A DNA stretch of 64,000 nt from Octopus vulgaris (lineage: Eukaryota), in NCBI GenBank assembly GCA_951406725.2, contig OX597831.1, positions 66,216,001 through 66,280,000 of the forward strand, written 5' to 3'. The notes below the pieces were generated by a model, which was not told the origin of the DNA, did not search any database, and saw only the letters and a program-made list of their open reading frames with translations. A program made the translations under genes and the position numbers. Position 1 is the first letter of the stretch; each line of letters begins with the position of its first letter. Shown in pieces: positions 12,391 through 25,320 of the stretch.

Positions 12391-12769
12391 ATGCAATTGC
12401 TATACCAAAGACTTACATCACATTATGAAATTATGAAATCCGAAAATGTACATTTGGTATTATCTATAATGGTGGGTATATTGAGTTTCACTGAGAAAGT
12501 ATGTTTGTAAATCTTCATACATTGATGTAAGAATAGGTTGTTTTATAAAGCTTGAAACATGTGTACCGCGACATCCTTTGTATTCCGTTTTTATTTCATT
12601 TGATGCATATACCCTCTCACCTCTGCTACTAGCTGGCATATACAGGTGCTTACACTTATCAAGTATTCACCCTGAATATATATATATATATATATATATA
12701 TAGTCAATAACAAATATATCAGAAAAGAAGCACACTCTCAAGAATAGAGCAGAAATTATTACAAGAATT

Positions 12770-13712
12770 TCAATTTTGGACATAGAGTTACCAAAGGTTT
12801 TCATATCCACCAAACCAAAGCCTTGTGAAGAGTTTGTCAGACTCTATACAAGACAAAAACTTTCTATGACACAGATGTGAGGAAATGCTCAGAAATCGAA
12901 ATTTAAGTCTTAACATATAAAAACATTATTGAGGACGGGTTGCCTCCCCTGAACCAGAGGATAAAACAACCTTTATAGACCCAAAAAAAGCTTAACCAGC
13001 AAACGGGGAGATCTAATTTTCCAGTAAGTAACACATGAAGTGGACACATTAACAAAAACAACTTCTTTATGACTAATTAATGTGTCAGGTTTAATATAGT
13101 CCTTAAGAATTTTGGCTCTGTCTGTGATGCAGATTTTGCAACAGTCACGCCCATTGATATATGGGCCTGGATGATCAATTATTTTCCACATGATATCACA
13201 TAGAACTCCTTGATCTTTGAGGGGTGTGGCAAACCGTCTTTCTGAGCCTCTGAAAGATGACTGGTGGTTGCAGAAGCGACATGTGAAAAACATACTGGCT
13301 GATCCAACAGGTTTACAAACTTGGGATGTGGCTATAATTGCGCTCCTGGTATATCTTTCATAGGCTCCAGGCCTGGGGATGCTGTGGGTAACACCGTTGC
13401 TGATGCAGTTGATATGGCACAATGATCCGGTGGCCTTATTGTCGTGGTTATCACTACTTGTCGCATGGTTGGCAATGTAGCTGCCGGTGTTAATAAGGGT
13501 GCAGCCAGTGGTAAATTATGCTGGTTAGGCTTTTTCAAGTCTATAAGGGTTGGTTTATCCTTGGTTCAGGGGAGACAACCTGAGCACTTCCTCACATCTG
13601 CATTGTAGAAAGTTTAAATATTTTTGTCTTTGTATTGAGAGTCTGACAAGCTGTCCACAAGACTTTGGCTTTGTGCATACGAAACCTTTGGTAACTCTAT
13701 GTCCAAAATTTT
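12770..13712 (-). mobile_element. Penelope-like retroelement remnant: GIY-YIG endonuclease C-terminus between inverted pseudo-LTRs
   Basis: ORF 12973-13422 RFCNHQSSFR...LKDQGV..DIMWKIIDHPGPYINGRDCCKICIT resembles the PLE endonuclease C-terminus; 12773-12980 is inverted at 13540-13710. Confidence 0.7.
13638..13698 (+). ncRNA. Hammerhead motif in a PLE pseudo-LTR (G8->A, probably inactive)
   Basis: AGAGT-CTGACAA-G...C-GAAA-CC-TTT-GG-TA-ACTCT; a degenerate mirror copy lies at 12784-12845 (-). Confidence 0.55.
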
Positions 13713-14021
13713 AATTTTTGTTGTATATATATTTATATATATATATATATATAACTTATAAATAAGGGCAAATAAAAAAATTTCTAATGCTAAATATGCC
13801 GAAAATTGGACATATTGTCCATTTACCATATAATTTATTTCTCAGTATGAACTATTTGGCATTAGAAATGTTTTCGTTTGCCCTTATTTATAAGTTGTTT
13901 ATAATTTAACCTTTAAAGGTATTTTTTAATATGCTGGCCATAGATAAAATTTTTTTTCGAGAAAATTTTATCCTACATTAGATATATATATATATATATA
14001 TATGTGTATATAGGTATATAT

Positions 14022-14507
<486 letters not shown>

Positions 14508-15194
14508 TAATATGTGACAATTATTCGGTAGCCAAGATAAAGCTCTGAGTTTCGGATGCCGAGGTGGAAATCCACAACACCATCTCTTTGGTTATAATAC
14601 ATATGGTGTTATGGATTTTTTAGTTACCTAGAAATTATGTTAAAAACTGCCGTTCAAACGGAAAAAATCCCAAAATTCTACCCTCCATTATGAAATTTAT
14701 TAGAAATTTCCCTCAATACAAGACTAAACGATAAAAATGTATTAGGTGTGATGCTGACATCTCTCTCAGAATAGAAATCAATAAAATTAAAGAGCTGATG
14801 TTACTTGCTGCAGCTTCGTTAATTAATCAATCAGAATAGCAATAAGCTATGCTATTTCACTTCTCTTATAACTGTAACTTAGGAAAACTTAACTTATTAA
14901 ATATTTCTATCAGAGTAGTATCATAGTTGTTGTCTTTTTCTTTTTTTTTTTATTGCATACTAATATAAACTGAGAAAACTGTATCTTAAAAATTTTAATA
15001 CTATCCATCTTCCTAACGGTTCATGCCTTTTCTGCTCAAAATCTTGCTCTGTTATTTCTTTATCTTACATGTTTTATTCATATTTTGTGGAATGTTTCAT
15101 TTATAGTTTATTTCTTTGTTTGTTTACCACAAAATATTTTTATAGAAATTTTATTTGCCATTATTTAGTCTACATTTTGATTTTTTTATTCCAG

Positions 15195-15289
15195 AACTAG
15201 AAGAGGTTCTTCAACTGGTCCCCACAGTTCACAAAGAGAACATTACCAACAATCTCAGGCTCAGAATTCTCAGACTTCAACAAATAAAG
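15195..15289 (+). CDS. PDE4: PDE4 exon, LR1 linker between UCR1 and UCR2 (xTRRGSSTGPHSSQREHYQQSQAQNSQTSTNK-D)
   Basis: Pyrimidine tract tttttttattccag precedes it and the donor is AAG|gtaaac. The 95-nt exon is open in phase 2->1, and its final G joins AT of the 22155 exon to give Asp. The sequence is divergent, so the call rests on splice signals and phase. Confidence 0.7.
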
Positions 15290-15341
15290 GTAAACTGTTG
15301 TTGTGATTGTCATCATGGCTATTGTTGTAACCACCACTATC

Positions 15342-15403
<62 letters not shown>

Positions 15404-15427
15404 TTTTCCTATTTCAATGTAATTATA

Positions 15428-16646
15428 TTGGGTTGGTGCATAATTATTGTGGCTTTTTTTCAACAAATTTTATTCAACAAAAACAATAACAATATTTAAC
15501 AAAAACATCTTGAAATGATTATTCTGGCTCATTTTGAGCTTTATAAAGTATTTATAAATCCTTTTTTGCTATTTTTGTTTAGTGAAGGATAAGTTAGAAA
15601 TTTGTATAGTTTTGAAAAGAGTTCTTTCTTGGAAATACAGCATCACAGACAGCTCGGAATATTAATGGAGTATTTCATTCTAATGTTATTACACAGCAGA
15701 CAGAATCAAATTGGTTCGCAAAATATTATTCTGGTAACTTTGACCTCACAAATGAGCAACGCGGTCGACTAGAAATAAAGGTGGATAATGACGAACAGAA
15801 AGCTACCTTTGAGTCAGATCCATCTCAAAGCACCCGTGAATTATCGTTGTTGTTTAGTATTAACAAGCAAACAATATTGACTCACTTAGTTCAAATCGGT
15901 AAAGTGAAAAAACAGGATAAGTGGGTTCCACATGAACTCAATGAAAATCAGAAACAGCAACGTTTGGAAGCCTGCATTATGCTACTTTATTGTCACAAAA
16001 ATGAATCACTTTTGAATCGAATTGTAACATATGATGAGAAATGGATCAAATACAACAACCGTAAACATTCAGCACAATGGCTGGACAAAGACGAGCCACC
16101 AAAACACAGTCTAAATAGCAAACTTCATCAAAAGAAGCTGATGGTATGTGTTTGGTGGTCTGGCACAGGTGTGATCCATTATGATTTCATTAAACTTGGC
16201 TCATCAATCATGGCCGAAGTATATTGCAGCTAACTGGACCAAATGATGCAGAAACTCCCCCCCCCATCAGATTAGTCAACAGATCTACTCCTATTTTATT
16301 GCAAGACAACACCAAACCACACACTACAAGAGTTGGAAGTTCTCCATCATCCACCATACTCACCTGATCATGCCTCCACTGACTACCAGTTCTTCCCAAA
16401 TTTGGATAACTTTTTGATAGGAAAGGTATTTAATTCCGATGATGCTGTAAAACAGGCCTTCCAAGATTTTATTAACTCTAGATTGCCAGGCTTTTACAAT
16501 TCCGGGCTGGACAAGCTTCTGCTGAAATGGCAAAGGAGTATTGACAATATGGGTGCATACTTTGATGAATAAAACTATTCTTTGTATTTATAAAACATTA
16601 GCAAACATTTTTTTCTTTTCTACAAATTTCATACTTGACGACCTAA
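15428..16646 (+). mobile_element. Defective mariner element (DD34D transposase pseudogene)
   Basis: WVPHEL, TYDEKW and HPPYSPDHASTDY motifs; stop at 16231 plus a frameshift; imperfect TTRGGTYG termini flanked by TA. Confidence 0.9.
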
Positions 16647-17544
16647 TATATACATTTCAAGTGGTTACATAACTTTTAGAGCATTGAAGAGTTTCTATTT
16701 TATATGGTTGGGCTGAAATTACTACAGGCCTAACTATGGTTAACATGGTACGTGATGACCCAATAAACTGACTGTAAATAACTACAGATTTTTTCTATAT
16801 ATGAGATGACTAGTGCACTCCTATCCTTGCCCCACAAACACACATTCTCCTCTTTCTGCATTATTTAATACTACTACGGCCACTATTCTTTGGAGTTGTT
16901 TATCTTTTGCCATCTCTACTTAGGTACTCTTGATTTCTCTTCCTATCACCCATTTTCTTTCATTCCCTTCAGGTCCTGCACCAACCACTTCTCCCAGTCA
17001 TTTATTCCCTCAGTTTGGTCCTCTGGAATATCCTCTTTGCACCTGATTCCCTGCAACTGTTGATTTACAGTATTTAAAGGAGAAAATTATTCATTGATCT
17101 CATTGATCAATGAGGGCCTGCAAAGGCCATGAGCACAGCCTTTTATTTGAAACCAGACAGAAAAAGAAGTTCCTCCAATATCTTTAATTATTTCTATATT
17201 TATGTATTATTTCCTCAATATACAGTATTTACCCCAAACATGTATGCAGATAATATCTATATATCACTGCATAAAATAGTGATATCACTAAATATGTTAC
17301 ATAATTTTAAGTGCGTTTTTTTTCTTGTATTGCTTGAAAATATGCCATAAGTTTTTACAGAGCTTGAATTCTAGTTCATGAACGAATTTGAATTTATGTA
17401 TAGAGATATCTAATGATATTGTTGTATTTTGGAATGGTCAGTTTTGGAATGGCCAGTTTAGCCAATAAAAGCACACGCACTATATATTTGGTGTTACCTT
17501 GCTTCAGCATTATCTATTTTTTACATTAATCTTAATCTTATTTC

Positions 17545-17589
17545 GGCCAGAGTTCTTTCATCACACTCCTGTGACCTCATCAGTGGTCC
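17545..17589 (-). ncRNA. Minimal type I hammerhead motif in a Penelope-like repeat (about 17415-17640)
   Basis: Minus strand reads GGACCA-CTGATGA-G-GTCAC-AGGAGT-GTGAT-GAAA-GAAC-TC-TGGCC. Confidence 0.6.
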
Positions 17590-18024
17590 TTTGCTTTCTT
17601 CTTTCTTATTTGTGTGTCTCTCCTTACTAACCATCAGCCATTTTGTATTTCTATTGTATGTGTCTTCATTTGCACATGCGTATATTTCTATGTGAGATTA
17701 TTATATTAGCAGCATTGGGTGTGTTATTGTAGAAGGCCTGCTTGCTGTTTATCGCGTTGGTCTGCTACTATGCATATTGTGATCCACTAATGTGGTGATT
17801 AATGTTTTATGAGATAATAAATGATATTTTAATGATAATTAAATTATCTCAAGGATTTTTTTTTCCTCTTTGATCTTTTTAATATCTGAATAGGAAACAG
17901 GGACAGGCAAGTATCTATGGATACCAATGAAACAGCTGATGACATATGGATAGTAGATGCCAATTTTCAGTGGTGGAGAAGATATGCCTTTGTGACATGG
18001 CAATTGTCTTCATATTTAATTATT

Positions 18025-18330
18025 GTGGAGGCACATGGCCTAATGATTAGAGCAGCGGACTCACGGTCTGGGGATCGTGGTTTTGAATCACAGACCAGGC
18101 GATGTGTGTGTTTATGAGAGAAAAACACCTAAGCTCCATGCGGCTCTGGCAGAAGGTAATGGCGAACTTCTGCTGACTCCTTCACCACAACTTTCTCTCA
18201 CTCTTTCCTCCTGCATCTTGCAGCTCACCTGCGATGGACTGGCATCCCGTCCAGGTGGGGAACTTATACACCAAGGAAACCGGGAAACTGGCCCTTATGA
18301 GCCAGGCATGGCTTGAGAAGGAACAAACAA
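18025..18330 (+). mobile_element. SINE family D copy
   Basis: Matches 5947-6236. Confidence 0.85.
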
Positions 18331-20849
18331 ATATTTGGTTACTGCTTCCCAGGTCCAACAGACTTATTTAGAGCAACTTTTACAATTGTCAAGATTCAAG
18401 CCTGAATGTGCTTTTGAATCTCCTCTTTGAGTGACATGACTTGCACTCCATTGGTAAAGAGTATGGAGGGTGAGTGATAGATGATGAGAGATAAGGGTAG
18501 GGTAAATGTAGTGAAAGGTGAACAAAGGGGAAGAGTGGTTGAAGTTGAATATTTACTGAGAAAGGGTGAATGAGGGGTGGATATCAATAGAGGTGGTTCA
18601 GAAGAGAGGAAGTGGTATCTAGCATGCTAAAGTTTTAGTCTTTACTATATTTTTTTAATGTTTCTTGGGTGATGAAAAAATTTTAGCATTTGAACCATCA
18701 ATTCTTCTTCAATAACCAAATTGATGTTGGACTACTTCTGCTCAAATGCTTATTGAGCCCAATATTTCAATATATCACTGGAAATCATCAATAAAACATT
18801 CACGAGCAGACTCAGAGCTTGCTTAAGCCAGTTTCTTTAAACAGTCAACATTGCTCCTACCCCCAACCGAACTCTCTTCAGTGAAACAGGCATTTGATCA
18901 ATTTCCTGTAAAGCTTGGCCTTGTGGATGGTCTGTACCATCAGTTGAGACAGTGTCATTTTGACCATTTGGGTGTCTGGTACAAGCAGAGTGATGAGTAA
19001 CATCAATCAGTTTAACATGATTGATCATATTTATTGATTAGTTTAAATTGTCTAAGTAGAACTTTTCTAAAGTTGCTTGGTTGCAGACCTCCTTTGAAGT
19101 CTTTTTATTATCATTGGGTCAGAGATAGCCCCCAGATGGTAACATTGATTTCAAGGCCTTTCCAAGTGTTTGGGTATTCAAAGAGATTTATAGATTGCAA
19201 ATTTATTCTGTTCAGTTACCTATCGGCATAGTGATCATCGGCAAACTCCACAGGGGACACTTTCATTTCCCCTTACCCCTCATGTCACACAGTTGTTAAT
19301 GTTTATTCCAATTGGGTCATGCCCTTCCAATTGCTATAGATCCGGAATGCATCTTATGGCTGTACTGGTCACCTGTATAGAGAATGGTAATAACTAGGGT
19401 AGTGTAGCTGACTGCCTATTATGATCATTCATTTTTTTAGTTTCCTGTAGCTTTGCTCTCTTTTACAAACCCAGTGAACATTCATATTTTTCCAACTTCA
19501 AAGAAATTTGAACAATAGATATAAGACACAAGTTAAAAAAACATTCCCAACAATTCAACTTCTCTGGTTGACTTTAAGACCCCCCACCCCTAATAGGGGC
19601 CTTAACTCCCACAAGTTAGAGCTCTATGTGCTCCATTTTTCAGGAGCAAAATCCTTTGAATAGGTTTTATAAGATTTGGATTTTGGAATCTGAGCATAAA
19701 GATGGGATAAATATGTCATGATTAGAATTTTTTTATAGTGTATAAAGAGGGAAAGAACCCTCATTAAAATTTTTAATCTCCAATTTTGGTGTAATTCAAA
19801 TCATAGGTGTTCCAGTTCATTAGAGAAAAATATAAAAGAAAAGTCTAATTCTTCAATTCCATGTGACACGGGCAATGCTGGGTATCTCTGCTAGTACACA
19901 CACACACACACACGTATATATATATATATATAAATAAATGAGTGTATTTTACCCTTGTTAACAATTAACACAGAAAAAATAGATAAATAGTTACCAGGGT
20001 AGCAAAAAATCACACAAGTAAAGAGGTTGTAATTACTTGTTTTTATAAGTAGAAACTACAGGTTTACGTGGAATATTTTGTATAATATACAAGTAAATAA
20101 ATGGAATTTTTATCGCAGGTGTAATTCAAATACTTTTACTTCTGCCACATGTTTTGAAGATTTCACTGATATTATTCCAAAGGAATAAAATGGTGTAAAA
20201 CAATGTAATCTTCTCTTCAGGGAAGTGAAGAAAGGAAACTCGCCAATAAGACATTTTAACAGGAAATGATGGATATGTATTATTAATATTGTTTGAAAAA
20301 ACGTTATATGATATAACGTCAGAAGTATCCTATAGAAAGAGGAGGGATAAAATAAGGAAAAGTTAAATAAATGAGAAGTATATGACTATATGTTTATTAC
20401 ATAAAACCTTATAAACTAGGAAAATATATTTTTTTAGTGAATGTTAAATATAAAAAGAAAATTAATGTTTAAACTATATATAATGATAGAGATTACCTAT
20501 ATGAACTAAAGGTGTGTTTTTGCCAATGTTTACATCAGTATGCATGCTCTATAACCGTGTTTACATCAGGGGATTTTTAGAAAAAATAATGGAAAATAGT
20601 TCAGAATTACAGAGAAGGCAGAATTCCTTGCCTTTGTCATAAGGTATTGAGATTTTGATTCCCAATTTCCTCCCTCTGTTCCTTGCGTAACCATTTTTTC
20701 CTTCTACACTGATACTCTCGTGCAGCGTTCCTCATGCGATTATCCATATTTTATTAAAATAATAAATCTCCAAAATGATTCAGAATATTTCAATTTATAT
20801 ATATATGACAGGCTTGGAGGTGGTGATGATGCTGGCTGGTGCGATTTTG

Positions 20850-21185
20850 TGGTTTAGTTAGTTAGTTAGTTAAGTTAGTTAATTTTTTGGCTCAAAAAGC
20901 AAATGCAAGGCCATGTAGGGGGACATGGAGTTATGTACAGGGTGGTGTTAATGTAAAGAGTTCAGGCCACTTGTGGTCAAGGGAGACTTTGAACCGAGCG
21001 GTCGTCAGCATCTTCACTATCTCGTCCGGCAGCTTATTCCACGGATCCGCAACCCAGACGGAGAAAGCCCCTTTCCTTCAATTGAGATGAAATCATCGCA
21101 GATAGAGCTTTTCAGAGTGACCCCGCAGCCGACGCTCTGGAGCAGGAGTGAAGAACAGCTCTTTCAAAGATTACACTTTCCGCTT
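20850..21185 (-). mobile_element. CR1-like LINE 3' fragment
   Basis: Reverse complement of the 7325-7720 family; (TAAC)n tail. Confidence 0.75.
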
Positions 21186-22154
21186 CTAGTATGCCAAGAG
21201 AGATCTAGCTCTGTTTCTCATATTTTCTAAGTTCAGCTGCCTTTGCTCTTCACTCATGTGTTCTCGATTCTGTTGATCTCCATCTCTCTTATTTTGAAAA
21301 TACACTTCTCTTTGGTCCTGGCTCATTTGTTCTATCCTTTGTTGATTTCTTTCCCTCCTGACCCATAGGATACGCTCCTTCCACTCTTGGCTTATTTCAT
21401 TTCTTCTCCGTCTCATCCTCATGCAATTTTTATTCCTAATTTCCTCCCTCTGTTCCTTACGAAACTATTCTCTCCTTCTACACTGATGCTCTCGTGCTGC
21501 GTCCCATGCAATTATCCATATTTTATTAAAACAATAAATCTCCAAAATAATTCAGAGTGTTTCAATTGAAAAAGATATACAAATGTGTTAGACAGTTTTT
21601 GTTTAAAAGGTGAATATATTGCTAAAATACTCACCTAATATGCAAGGACACAGTAAGGGTACAGTAATTAATCATATTGTAGGAATTCAATTTCAGTATT
21701 TGATGTACAAGTGTAGCATGTCTGTTTTTATTGCCAATGACTGGCTGCTAGGATCCAAGAAAAGTATATCACAATACACCTGATAACCACTTTCAGATCA
21801 AAGTTCCAGTTTCTTGACCATAGGAAAGTAGCATTGGGCATTCATTTAACTTGATAGAGAATAATGTTCTCTCACCGAGGTACTTGTCTTCCAACATTTG
21901 TTTGGCCTTTAATTTTAGAGATCTTCTCATGATCCTTCAGTTGAGATTGATTCTCCTTGATATTTTACAGGATTTACATTTTTTAAAGTTCACTGGCAAT
22001 GGAAATAGGAAGGGGATTTTGGTTGTATATATTCTTGGTTTGCTGTATATTAAGCATATGTAATCTCCGAAACAGAGTTACAGAAATCAAAATCAGACTA
22101 AAAACTTGTCTTGATTGCTGAAAATTTATTTATTATTTGATATTTTATTTTCAG

Positions 22155-22267
22155 ATGAGTCATACTACAAAATGGCTTTGGAGACACTTGAGGAACTTGA
22201 CTGGTGTTTGGACCAACTCGAAACCATTCAGACACATCGATCAGTTAGTGATATGGCATCAAGCAAA
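22155..22267 (+). CDS. PDE4: PDE4 exon, UCR2 N-terminal half ([38 protein letters not shown])
   Basis: Diagnostic [20 protein letters not shown] motif; acceptor ttttcag, donor gtaaat; 113 nt. Confidence 0.97.
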
Positions 22268-22479
22268 GTAAATATATTTTTCCTTCAATTCTTTTACTAC
22301 TAATTCTTTGTAACTCTGGCGTTTTCATGAAATACATTGTATTTCATAACTGCATATTGTGTAATTATTATCTTTTACGCTTAATTAGTCTTTTGTAACA
22401 TGAGACTTATTCCTATCCAGAATAAAGTATAAGAGTTGTTGCGATTGATCTGAATTTGATCATTATAATATAATGAAAT

Positions 22480-23000
22480 TATTGTATATAGTGCTCAGGT
22501 GCACCACAACTTGTCAAAAGTGCATATAAAGTATATACAGTAATGTACAAATGTCTGGAAAGCGAACAGTGTATGAATCAGATACATACTTGCGTGTGTA
22601 TGGAGGGGAGAAAATCAGGTGTAGTGTTAGCGAATCTCAGGAAGCATGGAAGTTTTGAAAGATGTAGTGCTCCGACAACTAACAACTGATGCTGGCAGTT
22701 TGTTCCATGCTTCAGCAATTCTGAGCGTGAAAAAATGTTTCCAAAAGTCATGGGAGCTGTGCTGTTTTCTGACTTTGTAAACATGTCCACAGGTGTTAGA
22801 CAGGTGGAGTTTGAAAAGGTGGTCAGAGTTATTGTTTGTAAGATGGTTAATAATTTTATGGGTGTCTGCCAAGTCAGCTGCCAGATGTCGGAGTTTCAAT
22901 GTGTCCATGCCCAGCGAAGTAAGGCATATTTCCACTTCTACCTAATCCATCCATGGCCGTATTGTTTACAAGTGAATATGACTGGGTAACATATACCATG
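22480..23000 (-). mobile_element. CR1-like LINE 3' fragment (second family)
   Basis: ORF 22627-22935 LTSLGMDTLKLRHLAADL..THKII..FFTLRIAEAWNKLPASVV..FK is a typical CR1/L2 C-terminus. Confidence 0.75.
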
Positions 23001-23496
23001 CTTTCACTTATTGTTTTAGGTTATTATGAAGTCGTGAGCAACCCTCCACCTTGATCCAGTGAGACATTAAAGTGTGACTGCTGGAGGAGAGAGGGTCATA
23101 ACTGCGCTGGTGCTAATTTTCAGCTGAGTAGACTAAAGCAGTATGAAATGAAGGGCCTTGCACAAAGACATAATGTATTGTCCAGTCTGGAATTGAACCC
23201 ACTGTTTTTATGATCAAAAGCTCAAATCCAAACTACTAAGCCATGTGTCTCCACTACTTTTTTACTCAGTATAAAATAGCTAAATAACTTTGTTGTCAGG
23301 ATTATCTGCTGCTTTGTCTGAATTCTTTTAGAGGAATAATTAGGTTGAGCAATTCTGAAAAGTATTTCAACATCAGCCAAAGAATACCATCTTGAATACC
23401 CCAGTCCAAACAAACAAAGACATCCTTGGTCATAGATTTTCTTGATGAAGGCTGATCTGGGGCTAAATAACAATAATAGACTTATAAAAATACACT

Positions 23497-23886
23497 GTGG
23501 AGGCGCAATGGCCCAGTGGTTAGGGCAGCGGACTCGCGGTCATAGGATCGCAGTTTCGATTCCCAGACCAGGTGTTGTGAGTGTTTATTGAGCGAAAACA
23601 CCCAAAAGCACCACGAGGCTCCGGCAGGGGATGGTGGTGATCCCTGCTGTACTCTTTCACCACAACTTTCTCTCACTCTTACTTCCTGTTTCTGTTGTAC
23701 CTGTATTTCAAGGGGCCGGCCTTGTCACTCTCTGTGTCACGCTGAATATCCCCGAGAACTACATTAAGGGTGCACATGTCTGTGGAGTGCTCAGCCACTT
23801 ACATGTTAATTTCATGAGCAGGCTGTTCCGTTGATCGGATCAACCGGAACCCTCATCGTCGTAACCGACAGAGTGCTAAAGAAGAG
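23497..23886 (+). mobile_element. tRNA(Arg)-like SINE (family D head, different body)
   Basis: GTGGAGGCGCAATGGCCCAGTGGTTAGGGCAGCGGACTCGCGG head; TSD aaaaatacaYt. Confidence 0.85.
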
Positions 23887-24909
23887 AAAAATACATTGGA
23901 ATGGAAGAAAGTACCACTTTTCCAGATTGCATCACTGTACAACCAGCCATGGCATGTCAGAATGTGTAATATAGACTTCAACAAGATAGAGGCATGACAA
24001 ACCAGGAGCTACATCCAACTACAATTTTGCCTGTTGAGGTTTAAACTGGTACTAGACAACAACTTACATTTTTATTTGCTAATATTTTTGTATATACTTT
24101 GCTATAAAAGAATTTATATGCTAAAATTTGTCACTATTAAGTTGATAGACTTCACTAGGCCTGCATTAGAAAAATCCTGAGGTGCTGAAGAAAATGGGGT
24201 TTTAGGATTAATGCATCTATCAATCTTAAATAGTTTTGTGCTGGTGTCAAACATACAATTAAAATGTAAGAGTGGTTTTTGCATGGATTAAGTGGAAAAA
24301 TCGCTGACTTGGGTTGATGAAACTGCTCTCAAAAATACCCAAAATACAAATCATATGTTGTATGGTGAATTCCAAGTCATTTGGAATATATTTTAATATG
24401 TTAATATACATATTAAAATGTATATTTTAATACATTTTAATATTAAAGAAAGGTTGAAATTGGGAAAAAAATTTAGTATATTCCTTAAAAACATTGATGT
24501 TCTGAACCATGTGAAATGCTAAATTCATGAACTGAATCTGCTAAAGAAATTTTGAAACTGTAAGAAATTCTCTACACAGACCAAAATAACTTTCTACAGT
24601 TTTAATACATTCTCCACAACATTCTACAAATATGAAACTTGTCAAATTATGACTATCAGAACAAAATACCTTAGAAAGATCTTGATTCTCATCAAAATGA
24701 AGAAGTTTTGTATGAAATGGAGGAATCTAAAAATATCTCAAAATACTTAATTCACTATTCATATGCGAACAATGACTATGTAGACTTGGAACTCACAAAA
24801 TTTCTTCTAGACTCGACGATCTATTCCAACTGGGCTTCAAAGAAGTAATAACACAAGTTGAAAATCTTCAGTCAGCTGAAATTAGTCAAAAGTTAGTACT
24901 GAAACTCCC

Positions 24910-25320
24910 GGATCTTTTCAGTTTGAACGGCAGTTTTTAACATAATTTCTAGGTAACTAAAAGATTTAAACTTTGTATACTGGTAGAATGTGTTTATAAA
25001 ACATTGTTTTCTCTTGGCTTTATTAAGAAAATTCTATAGTTTGTAAGATATTTGTTGTTTTTTTTCTTCAATTTCTGCAATTTCAACCAATCAATGACGT
25101 CCATTGAGCTAAAAAACATTCTGTGCTATATGAATATGTCCCTCGTTTAAGAAACAGATTGGGTTTATTTACATTTGTGAAGAAAAAAAAGATACCCTTC
25201 CCCCCACCCCTAACCCTAACACAGATTGAAATGCAATAGATCGATTCTAGGGTCATAATTATGGGTGACAATTTCATATGAAACCGCTAGAAAAAACTGC
25301 CGTTCAAACCAAAAAGATTC
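24910..25320 (+). mobile_element. TTAGGG-containing MITE copy
   Basis: TIRs present; flanking duplication aactccc. Confidence 0.9.

Noticed and set aside
23497-23570. tRNA-like sequences (also 5947, 18025, 36201, 48658)
   Set aside because: These are SINE heads with A/B boxes but no complete cloverleaf, fused to SINE bodies with TSDs.
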